From: an uncultured Gammaproteobacteria bacterium
GTDB taxonomy: Bacteria; Pseudomonadota; Gammaproteobacteria; Steroidobacterales; Steroidobacteraceae
Assembly (NCBI GenBank): GCA_963707145.1
Contig: CAVPOQ010000006.1
Coordinates: 30,159 to 94,158, forward strand
Direction of reading: 5' to 3'
DNA length: 64,000 nt
The translations under genes and the position numbers were made by a program. The notes under the pieces were generated by a model. It was not told the DNA's origin, made no database searches, and saw only the letters and a program-made list of their open reading frames with translations. This document shows positions 25,083 to 32,436 of the stretch, one piece after another (position 1 is the stretch's first letter; every line of letters begins with the position of its first letter).

Positions 25083-25976
25083 GTGAACATCCGCGATTTC
25101 CTGGACGTCAGGGTGATCTGCGAGGCAGGCAGCCTGCGCAAGGCGGCTGCGTTGCTCGGGGTCACGCAGCCCACGCTCGGCAACCGGGTCTCGCACCTCG
25201 AGGACCAGCTCGGAGCACAGCTGTTCGACCGCAGCCGCGGCCAGTCGCAACCGACGGAACTCGCACTGTTCATCGCCCGGAGGGTGGCCACGATGGCCTG
25301 CGAGGCCGGGCGACTCGCGGAGGAAGCGAAGCGGCTTGCGTCGGGCAAGGGCGGGCTGGTGAGGATCGGGGTCTCGCCAGTGCCGTCGCGCATCATGTTC
25401 CCCGACATCATCATCGGCATCTCCGACCAGTTTCCGAGCATCAGTCTCGACGTGCTCTCCGCCCCCACGATCCAGCTCGCCGACGGTCTGCTGCGGCGCG
25501 AGCTGGACCTGATCGTCTGCCCGGCCCTGGACGGGGATCATCCCGTGGTCGCCTCCGAACTGCTGCTGGAAACCGACATCATCGTCGTCGCGCGTCCCGA
25601 CCATCCGTTGTGCGCCGATCCCCCCGCCACGATTCCCGGCCTGTTCAAGTTCCCGATCGCGTTGCCGGTCACCGAAAAGCACTACCTGGACGCGATCAAG
25701 CGTGAGTACGGCATCGATATCGAGAACCTTCCGGGCCGGATCCTGTGCTCCGATCCGAGCATGCTCGCCCGCATCGTCCAGAAGAGCGCACGGGTATTCA
25801 CGGCCGCGCCGCGGTTCTATTTCTCGCCCGAACTCGACGCCGGGCTGCTGCGCATCGTCGACACGCCGGTGCCCCTGGGGCATTCGCTGTACCTGCACTG
25901 GAACCGGGACGCCTACCCGCTGCCAGCCGTCGAGCGCACCAAGGAAGCGATTCGAACGGCGTTCGCCGCGCGCTGA
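25083..25976 (+). CDS. LysR-family transcriptional regulator
   Basis: GTG start. The N-terminal wHTH (GSLRKAAALLGVTQPTLGNRVSHLEDQLGAQLFDR) is typical of LTTRs. 297 aa. Divergent from the OM-channel gene. Confidence 0.9.
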   Translation: MNIRDFLDVRVICEAGSLRKAAALLGVTQPTLGNRVSHLEDQLGAQLFDRSRGQSQPTELALFIARRVATMACEAGRLAEEAKRLASGKGGLVRIGVSPVPSRIMFPDIIIGISDQFPSISLDVLSAPTIQLADGLLRRELDLIVCPALDGDHPVVASELLLETDIIVVARPDHPLCADPPATIPGLFKFPIALPVTEKHYLDAIKREYGIDIENLPGRILCSDPSMLARIVQKSARVFTAAPRFYFSPELDAGLLRIVDTPVPLGHSLYLHWNRDAYPLPAVERTKEAIRTAFAAR

Positions 25977-26187
25977 GGCCCGCGAGGACGGGGCCATGAC
26001 CCGGCCGAACTGCGCGTCACCATTCCCGGATTGCGCGAGGGGCAGAGTCGCGTATGGTCCCTGCTGGCAAGGTCAAATTCCGATTGCAGCGTCCAGGGCT
26101 TGGGGCGATTCGGAGCGCCGTGGCACGCTCAACGCGGCATGCAGTTCAACCGCCCCGCTCGTGCAGCCCCGAGAGGAGGAAGGTGTC

Positions 26188-26382
26188 GTGGGCAAACGCT
26201 GGAGATGGTTCGCAGGCATCGCGTCGGCGCTCTGCTTTGCAGGTGGCTTGTGGATCCTGATCTACGGTGGCTTCGACAGGGATGATCCGATCGGAACCGG
26301 CATCGGCCTGTACTTCCTCGGCAAGGCATTCTTCGTGGGGCCGACACTTCTTCTGCTCTCACGGAAGGTCGCCAGGGACTGA
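26188..26382 (+). CDS. Possible 64-aa two-TM membrane protein
   Basis: GTG 26188 is preceded by GAGGAGGAAGG. Product is GKRWRWFAGIASALCFAGGLWILIYGG...GIGLYFLGKAFFVGPTLLLLSRKVARD. Only the C-terminal part of track ORF 25702..26382 looks coding. Confidence 0.4.
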   Translation: MGKRWRWFAGIASALCFAGGLWILIYGGFDRDDPIGTGIGLYFLGKAFFVGPTLLLLSRKVARD

Positions 26383-26490
26383 CCCCGGGAAGGGTTCGCG
26401 CACTCAGCGGCGAGCCGACGACCGCGCCGCCACCCGCACCGCGCGTCCGCGACCCGCCCGATCTGCACGCCAGGTACACCGCCGCGGTGG

Positions 26491-27927
26491 CTACAGACCC
26501 GTACCCGACAGCGACACGCTGAGTGGTGCGGTGGTGGCGCTGGTCGCGATGCTGAGCTTCGCCGACTTCGCGGCCGCCACCGTCGGCGAGAACGTCACGC
26601 CGATCGTGCACGAGGCCCCCGCCGCCAGCGTCGCCGGACAGTCGTTCGTCTGCGCGAACAGCGGCGCCGAGCTGCCCGTGAGGCTGATGCCGGTGACCGC
26701 GAACGACGCGATGCCCTTGTTCTGCAGCGTCGCACCGAGCACCGGGCTCGTGGTGCCGACTACCACGTTGCCGAACTTGAGGCTGGTCGGGCTGACCGAG
26801 GCCGCCGGGTTCACCGTCAGCACCTTGGTCTTCTTGATGCCGTTGGCCGTGCCCGAGATGCTCGCCGTCGCCTTGGCCAGCACCGGGCTGGTCGTGATGT
26901 CGAACGTCGCCGACTGCAGGCCCTGGGGCACGAACACGCTCGTCGCGACCGGATTCGCCACCGCCGGGTTGCTGCTCGCCAGCACCACCTCGATCGGCCC
27001 CGGCGCCGCCTTGCACTCGAGCTTGGCCGTGCCGACCACCGGGTTGCCGCCTGCGACGGAGCTCGGCTTGTAGGCCAGCGACAGCATGCCGATCGGCCGC
27101 ACCGCGAGGTCCTGGCTCGCGGTGAAACCGTCGAGCGTGGCGCTCACCGAGCCACTCTCGAGCGCGAGCACGGCCGCCGTCTTGATCGAGAAGGTCTTCT
27201 TGCTCGCCCCGGCCGCAAACGTGACCGACACCGGCGCGGTAGCCGACGCGAGCGTGTCGGCGATCGTCACGGTCTTGCCCTCCGCCGGAGCCGGGAACGG
27301 CAGCGTCACCGTGCCGGTCACGCTCTTGCATCCCGCCACCGTGGCGACGCTGAGCTTGAGCGCAACCGGATCCACGGTGGGCTCCACCTTGACGTTGTCG
27401 AGGAACCCGCCGTTGATGCCGTTGACGGGTCCGCCGTCGACGAAGCGCAGCTCGGTGCTGGACGATGTGGCCACGAAGGTGAAGCTCTGCTTCGTCCAAA
27501 CAAGCGGCACCAATACCGCCGCACTCCCGTCGACGTAGTGGCGCTCGATGCCATCGATCCGCACGCTGACGGCGTCGTCTACGCCACTCACGTTTCCGTG
27601 CGGCGCATAGTCGAAACTGACCGTGTACTCGGCGCCCGGGGTGGTCGGGAACGACTGGTAGAGCTGCGCGGTGAAGCCTTCGAGTTCGAGGAACTGCTGG
27701 CCGTCGCTCGGATTGAAGCCTTGAAGGTTCGTGTGCCACGCGATCGTCCCACCGGTCCGGCTCCAGCCGGTCGGGTTCGTGGTGTTGCGGATGTAGTAGA
27801 TGGTGAACGTGAACGCCGGCAGCTCGAACGACCCGTTGGTGATCACGGAGGTCGCGCCTGCCTCGGGGCTCAGCGCGACCAGGCCAGTCAAGCAGATCAC
27901 GCCACGCAAATGGGTTTTGAGCCGCAT
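26491..27927 (-). CDS. Secreted multidomain surface protein: N-terminal jelly-roll (DUF642/choice-of-anchor-C-like), tandem Ig-like repeats, C-terminal choice-of-anchor-D-like domain
   Basis: ATG 27927 with GGGGAG upstream and a signal peptide. NGSFE..GW..FLELEG..NGGFLDNVKV at the N-terminus. Two ~85-aa internal repeats. C-terminal LKFGNVVVGTTS..LQNKG..CPATLAAGASCTIGVTFSP resembles choice-of-anchor D. Confidence 0.7.
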   Translation of the reverse strand: MRLKTHLRGVICLTGLVALSPEAGATSVITNGSFELPAFTFTIYYIRNTTNPTGWSRTGGTIAWHTNLQGFNPSDGQQFLELEGFTAQLYQSFPTTPGAEYTVSFDYAPHGNVSGVDDAVSVRIDGIERHYVDGSAAVLVPLVWTKQSFTFVATSSSTELRFVDGGPVNGINGGFLDNVKVEPTVDPVALKLSVATVAGCKSVTGTVTLPFPAPAEGKTVTIADTLASATAPVSVTFAAGASKKTFSIKTAAVLALESGSVSATLDGFTASQDLAVRPIGMLSLAYKPSSVAGGNPVVGTAKLECKAAPGPIEVVLASSNPAVANPVATSVFVPQGLQSATFDITTSPVLAKATASISGTANGIKKTKVLTVNPAASVSPTSLKFGNVVVGTTSPVLGATLQNKGIASFAVTGISLTGSSAPLFAQTNDCPATLAAGASCTIGVTFSPTVAAAKSAKLSIATSATTAPLSVSLSGTGL

Positions 27928-28183
27928 GATGATCTCCCCTGCTTTGTTATCGATTTCGCCGCATCCAGCCGGCGATTACGCTGCGATATACGCCGGTCGG
28001 CGCGCTGGCGCAAGCAACTGCGCGGTCGCACGGCCTGCGGCCCGCGCTGCGATCGCATCGGGTCTCCGCTCCAGAGTCGTCGGGGACGCCGTCGTAACTG
28101 CCAGCGATCCTGCCGCGCCTCGTGTCGGTCGAGTGCAGAAAGAAGAGCCCCGGCGCGTGGTCCGGGTGATATCCACGAGCGCC

Positions 28184-28548
28184 TCATCCCGACCGTCCCT
28201 CTGCCATCACCCTGCAGGAGCCTGCCTGACCGGCGCAGCCCCGACTCGGCACCGGACGCAGCAGATCGAGGTCGAGCGACGAACGATCCGGAAATAGCGC
28301 TACGCTTGCGTCCGCAAGGTCTGCGGGTACGCCGGCGAACGCCTTCATGGCGACGAAGTCCTCGCGGCGGAGACGCTCCTGCGTTTCTCCGGCCAGTTCG
28401 ACCTGCCGCGTTCGGTTCACGCCTCCGGGTCCTTTCCCCGCAGGCCGGCGACACCCTCTTCCACGGATGCGCCTGTCGAGGTGCTGGACGGATAATGTGA
28501 ACGGACTGGCAACGTCAGCCAGAGTGATCGCTCTCCCGGGGCATTCAT
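28184..28548 (-). pseudogene. Degenerate, internally deleted and frameshifted copy of the nucleotidyltransferase gene at 31588..32151
   Basis: The N-terminal ~20 codons and the C-terminal ~75 codons align by eye with 31588..32151 (NRTRQV, RED..AMKAFAG.P.DLADA, DR.SLD..LLR). About 75 central codons are missing. There is a 1-nt gap relative to the intact copy just before NRTRQV. Confidence 0.5.
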
Positions 28549-28755
28549 GACGGATATCAAAGGTCCAGCGATCGACCCGGAGACCTTCCGGGTCGAGGGT
28601 CATTGCTGCGGCATCCGCATCCCGGCTCTTGCGGATCTCACCGGCGAAGGTCTCCGGTTCGAAATATCGGCCGAATTGAAGGCCGAACTTGTCGCGGCAG
28701 GCATCTTGACCGTCGAGGGCAGACCGGAACCGCCCAAGCCCCGCATTACGCCGGG

Positions 28756-29468
28756 TCAACCGGAGCGCGTCAGGTAGGTGCCGATTCCGACGATCAACCA
28801 TGCATTCGATGTCTGCGGCAACAGGCTGCCGATGAACAGGATCGCAGACGTCGCGCTGAAGGTGACCGCGAACCTTACGCCCAGCAGGAATGCGCCTGGC
28901 AGACCGCGATCGGCCAAGCCCTCGGTGACACCAGGCTTCGCCGGACCAAGATTCAGGTTCAGCGGAATCCACCGCAGCAGCAGGCCCGCAAGGATCAGGA
29001 ATGGCCCGATGAACGGCTCCAGTGCCGTCTGCAGGAGGCCGGAGGCCGTCGGCGCCGCTGCAATACCCGACGCCACCAGCAAACCGACAATCGCGTACGC
29101 CGTGGCGCGGCCTGCGGCGTCGCTGATCACGCCGAGGGTCGCCCGGCATCCACGACATGCGCCTCGAAGGCACCCTCCTCCTTCTGCTTTGTAAAGACCT
29201 TCTGCAGGTTCTTCCAGCGGACCTCCTCCCATTCGCGAGGTCGGAGACGATGACGGTCCTGCTGATGAGCCGGTAGCCCAGGATGAAATGCTTGTTGCCG
29301 GGCCCCTCCAAGCTGACGGTACAGAACTGGATCCAGTCGCTCTGGAACTCTGGCGCAACGTTGCGCTCGCGGCAGTCCCGGGTGAGCCGCTCGATCCGTA
29401 CGCAGGTGGCGCAGCGCACGCGACGGTCGCGAGTGCGAGCAGCGCCCGTCCCAGGAATTTCTTCTTCG
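28756..29468 (-). pseudogene. Multi-frame coding remnants, probably one or two decayed genes
   Basis: Protein-like stretches occupy all three minus-strand frames in succession. They are KKKFLGRALLALATVACA, then NVAPEFQSDWIQFCTVSLEGPGNKHFILGYRLISRTVIVSDL, then EWEEVRWKNLQKVFTKQKEEGAFEAHVVDA. The last is a membrane segment, AYAIVGLLVASG...GLPGAFLLGVRFAVTFSATSAILFIGSLLP, which looks CcdA/DsbD_2-like. Assignment is tentative. Confidence 0.3.
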
Positions 29469-29699
29469 TCAGATCAAGAGCTTCTTCGCCTCATCCAGCG
29501 AAGGCACCTTGCCGCTGAGCTTCACGACCCCGTCGATCACGAGCGCCGGGGTGAACATCACGCCGAACTCGGGATAGCGCTTCATGTCGGTGACTTTCTC
29601 GAGGTCGTACTGGATGCCGAGGTCCCTGCGCCGCCTGCTCTGCGATCGCCGTGAATGCCGGCACTTCGCGCAGCCCGAACCGAGGATCTGGATCTTCAT
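29469..29699 (-). CDS. Thioredoxin-fold 'redox-active disulfide protein 2' (TM0979-like), with an apparently scrambled 13-residue segment
   Basis: MKIQILGSGCAKC...LGIQYDLEKVTDMKRYPEFGVMFTPALVIDGVVKLSGKVPS matches the family as I recall it. Residues 14-26 (RHSRRSQSRRRRD) look out of frame. Confidence 0.7.
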   Translation of the reverse strand: MKIQILGSGCAKCRHSRRSQSRRRRDLGIQYDLEKVTDMKRYPEFGVMFTPALVIDGVVKLSGKVPSLDEAKKLLI

Positions 29700-29726
29700 C
29701 GTCGTCTCCTGCGGGCGATGCCCGCA

Positions 29727-31052
29727 TCAGGACATCAGCATTCCATACGCCCAGCCACAGATCGCCGCCATGACGATGACGAGGGCGATGTAGGTGGCCG
29801 TCCTCTTCGGGCCGAGGATCGAGTTGATCACGATCATGCTGGGGAGGCTGAGCGCCGGCCCGGCCAGCAGCAGGGCCAGCGACGGCCCGGCGCCCATCCC
29901 ACTGCCGACCAGGCCCTGCACGATGGGCACCTCGGTGAGAGTGGCGAAGTACATGAACGCACCTGACACCGCGGCAAACAGGTTGGCTGCGACGGAATTG
30001 CCGCCCACGAGCCCGCTGATCCAGGCCGACGGAATCAGGCCCTCGTGGCCGGGCCGACCGAGCAGGAAGCCGGCCACCAGTACGCCCGCCAGCAGCAGCG
30101 GCACGATCTGCTTCGTGTAGCTCCAGGCCTGGTTGAACCACTCGCCGGCCTCGTCGGTGCGGCCGGCCGTGAGCCAGGCCAACCCGAGCACCGCGACGAG
30201 AAAGGGCCACGTCGGATGGCCGGGAACGGCCAGTGCAACCAATAGCGACACGACCGTGACCCCGGCGATGCGCAGCGGCTCGAGCTTGAACCAACGCCAC
30301 AGCAGCAAGCGGCGAGGGTCAGGCCGAGCGCCGATGTGAGCCACCACTTGACGGCGTAGACGGCCGCGAAGAATCCCGTGGTCTGTGCGGCGGCTCCCCA
30401 GTTCGCGAACACGAGGATGCCCAACTGCACCGCGAAGAACGTCGCCGTCTGCCACAAGGGCCGACCGGCCTCCGGCTCCGGCAGTGCCGCCGCGCCGCAA
30501 TCTTCGCTTGCTCCTCGCGCCGGAAGATCGTTGCCATCAGCAGCCCGATGACGATCGCGAACGAGACTGCACCCACGGCCCGGGCGATGCCTAGCGGCGC
30601 GCCGAGCACCTTGGCGGTCAGTGATGATCGCGAGCACGTTGATCGCCGGGCCCTGAATAGAGGAACGCCGTGGCGGGACCGAGGCCCGCACCCATGCGGT
30701 AGATGCCCTGGAACAGCGGCAGTACCGTGCAGCTACAGACCGCCAGGATCGTGCCGGAGACGGAGCCCACGCCATAGGCCAAGGGTTTCGGTGCGGTCGG
30801 GCCGAGGTAGCGCATCACCGAAGCCTGAGATACGAAAGCGGCGATCGCGCCCGCGATCCAGAACGCGGGCAGCAGGCAGAGCACCACGTGCTCGCGCGCG
30901 TACCACTTCGTGAGTTCCAGGGCCTCGGTCACTGCACCGTCAAATCGGGGCGTGCCGACTGGCAGGAAATAGACGTGGCTGAAAGCAGCAGCAAGCCAGC
31001 CGAAGACCTTGAGTTCGTGCCGAGCGGACGAGTTCAGCGTGAGGGTGGCCAT
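29727..31052 (-). pseudogene. ArsP-like permease (PF03773-type, CSC motif) disrupted by at least four 1-nt indels
   Basis: Family-like sequence must be read from frames 2, 1, 0, 1, 2. The pieces are MATLT..ILAVCSCTVLPLF..FLYSG, PAINVLAII, LTAKVLGAPLGIARAVGAVSFAIVIGLLMATIFRREEQAKIAA, AALPEPEAGRPLWQTATFFAVQLGILVFANWG..LGLTLAA and LLLWRWFKLEPLRIAG...MLMS. Junctions fall at ~30650, 30622, ~30490 and ~30309. A stop occurs at 30618 in the initial frame. Confidence 0.75.
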
Positions 31053-31072
31053 GGCGGCCTCCGTCGGAAAAG

Positions 31073-31390
31073 TCAGGCGCAGTCGCAGGCGGTCCGCGCC
31101 GAGGAACGGCCGAGTCGTGCCCTGTCGAGGCAATGGATGAAGTGAGATACGCACTCCAGCTCGAGGCGGTAGAAGATCTTTTGTCCGCGCTTGTCGCTGG
31201 AGACGACTCCTGCCTCGCGGAGGATGTCCAGATGCTTCGACGTGGTGGACCAGCCGAGCCCGACTGCGTGCACGAGATCGCAGACGCAGCGCTCCCCGTC
31301 CATCAGCGTCCGAACGAGAGTCAGACGTCCGGAGTTTCCGAGGGCCTTGAAAACCTCGTCCGGCGACGCGCCAAGGGGCTTGGTAACCAT
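31073..31390 (-). CDS. arsR: ArsR/SmtB-family metalloregulator (CVCDL arsenite-type motif)
   Basis: 105 aa. ERCVCDLVHAVGLGWSTTSKHLDILREAGVV is a wHTH carrying the ELCVCDL-like motif. It lies directly upstream of the permease. Confidence 0.85.
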   Translation of the reverse strand: MVTKPLGASPDEVFKALGNSGRLTLVRTLMDGERCVCDLVHAVGLGWSTTSKHLDILREAGVVSSDKRGQKIFYRLELECVSHFIHCLDRARLGRSSARTACDCA

Positions 31391-31400
31391 AGCGGAAGTA

Positions 31401-31418
31401 TTTCGCTAATCAGCGAAA
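31401..31418. promoter_or_regulatory. Perfect 7-4-7 inverted repeat (tttcgct aatc agcgaaa): candidate ArsR operator
   Basis: Read directly. It lies 11-28 nt upstream of the arsR ATG (31390) on the minus strand. Confidence 0.4.
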
Positions 31419-31486
31419 CATGAATCAGGACCTTCCGCAGGGCACCTCAAAAGCCGAGGTGCATGCGGTACAAGACGCTGCAAATC

Positions 31487-31536
31487 AAAACAGCCCCAGC
31501 GGGGCCGTTCGCTTCGAATGCGCCGGTAGCGGGGGC
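31487..31536. repeat. Imperfect ~50-bp direct repeat of 32401..32449 (last ~12 nt of tRNA-fMet plus its downstream terminator hairpin)
   Basis: By-eye alignment of aaaacagccccagcggggccgttcgcttcgaatgcgccggtagcgggggc with aaaacggccccagaggggccgttcgcttcgattcgatggtagcgggggc gives about 42 of 50 matching positions. Confidence 0.6.
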
Positions 31537-31587
31537 GTGCTACGGATCCGAGCAATCCCGATGATTGGCATCTTCCCCAGGGACGCT

Positions 31588-32151
31588 TCAGTCCACGGCG
31601 CCGATGAGGAGCTCAACGGCTTTCGCCGTCTCGCGACCGAATCGGTGCGCCAAACGACGCAACAACTCCACATCAAGTGACCCGCGATCCTGCTCGATAA
31701 CTGCACGCGCATCCGCCAGGTCGACCGGTCCGCCGGCGAACGCCTTCATCGCGATTAAGTCCTCCCGACCGACGATCTCCAGGAGCGCTTCCGCGAGCCT
31801 GACCTGCCGCGTGCGGTTCAGAAGTTCGGGGTCCATGCCGCGCAGGCCGACCAGGAGATCGACGCGGTTACCGTGGCCGTCCCTGACTTCGAGCAGAGCC
31901 GGGATCGGATCATCGGCATCGCCGACCCTGAGAGCGGCCTCGTAACCCTCCTCGGCGAGGGACTGCCGCAGGGTCTGCGCCTCGCGAACCTGCAGTGCCA
32001 CGACAGCGTCGGCATCGAGACTGGCCCGTACGACCCCGTGCACTGCCGCCGCCATCGCACCGATGACGGCATACCGAACTCCTTGCGCGGTGAGGAACTC
32101 GGCGACGTCCGCCATCAGCAGCGCTGACTGGCCCGGAGCGCTAGCCCGCAT
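31588..32151 (-). CDS. Minimal nucleotidyltransferase-fold protein (MNT/AbiEii-like), candidate toxin-antitoxin or defence component
   Basis: YAVIGAMAAAVHGVVRASLDADAVV fits the G-x-x-A...G..R.s.D.D NTase motif. 187 aa, or ~175 aa if it starts at MADVAEF. It overlaps the upstream small ORF's stop by 11 nt. Confidence 0.6.
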   Translation of the reverse strand: MRASAPGQSALLMADVAEFLTAQGVRYAVIGAMAAAVHGVVRASLDADAVVALQVREAQTLRQSLAEEGYEAALRVGDADDPIPALLEVRDGHGNRVDLLVGLRGMDPELLNRTRQVRLAEALLEIVGREDLIAMKAFAGGPVDLADARAVIEQDRGSLDVELLRRLAHRFGRETAKAVELLIGAVD

Positions 32152-32320
32152 TTCGCGCCGCCACGTGTCGAGGGCTTTGCTGGACTGCTACGCCTGCGCC
32201 GTGAAGCTGCGCCATGAGTTGGCAGTGAGCCAGGAACGCGGCCAGCCGCTGCTCCGGCGTCATACGCTTGACGTCGTCGCTCAAGCTGCGGCGAGCAGCA
32301 TCGGCCAGTTGTGACCTCAT
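32141..32320 (-). CDS. Possible small partner protein (59 aa, or 76 aa from ATG 32371) of the nucleotidyltransferase
   Basis: MRSQLADAARRSLSDDVKRMTPEQRLAAFLAHCQLMAQLHGAG.. Its stop overlaps the NTase ATG. No clear SD, so the start is uncertain. Confidence 0.35.
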   Translation of the reverse strand: MRSQLADAARRSLSDDVKRMTPEQRLAAFLAHCQLMAQLHGAGVAVQQSPRHVAARNAG

Positions 32321-32400
32321 GTGGCGATGTGCAACCGGTGCGGAGGCGGTGTCAAGCAGCAGCACGAACATGCCAGGCGGATCTGCTTGCCCCGGACAGC

Positions 32401-32422
32401 AAAACGGCCCCAGAGGGGCCGT
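32401..32422 (-). terminator. Rho-independent-type terminator after tRNA-fMet
   Basis: On the minus strand: ACGGCCCC-TCT-GGGGCCGT followed by TTTT, 15 nt downstream of the tRNA CCA end. Confidence 0.55.
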
Positions 32423-32436
32423 TCGCTTCGATTCGA

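Noticed and set aside
26129-27739. 536-aa minus-strand ORF overlapping the 26491..27927 gene in another frame
   Set aside because: Its translation is Arg/Gly-rich junk. The 478-aa frame has a signal peptide, domain repeats and a good SD.
28547-28777. 76-aa plus-strand ORF (MTDIKGPAIDPETFRVEGHCCGIRIP...)
   Set aside because: GC3 bias is only moderate and there is no SD. It lies in the decayed region where the opposite strand is also open. I cannot tell whether it is real, so it is left uncalled.
31487-31536. A second tRNA gene or tRNA pseudogene
   Set aside because: Only about 12 nt of the tRNA 3' end are present. No cloverleaf can be drawn. It is treated as a direct repeat.
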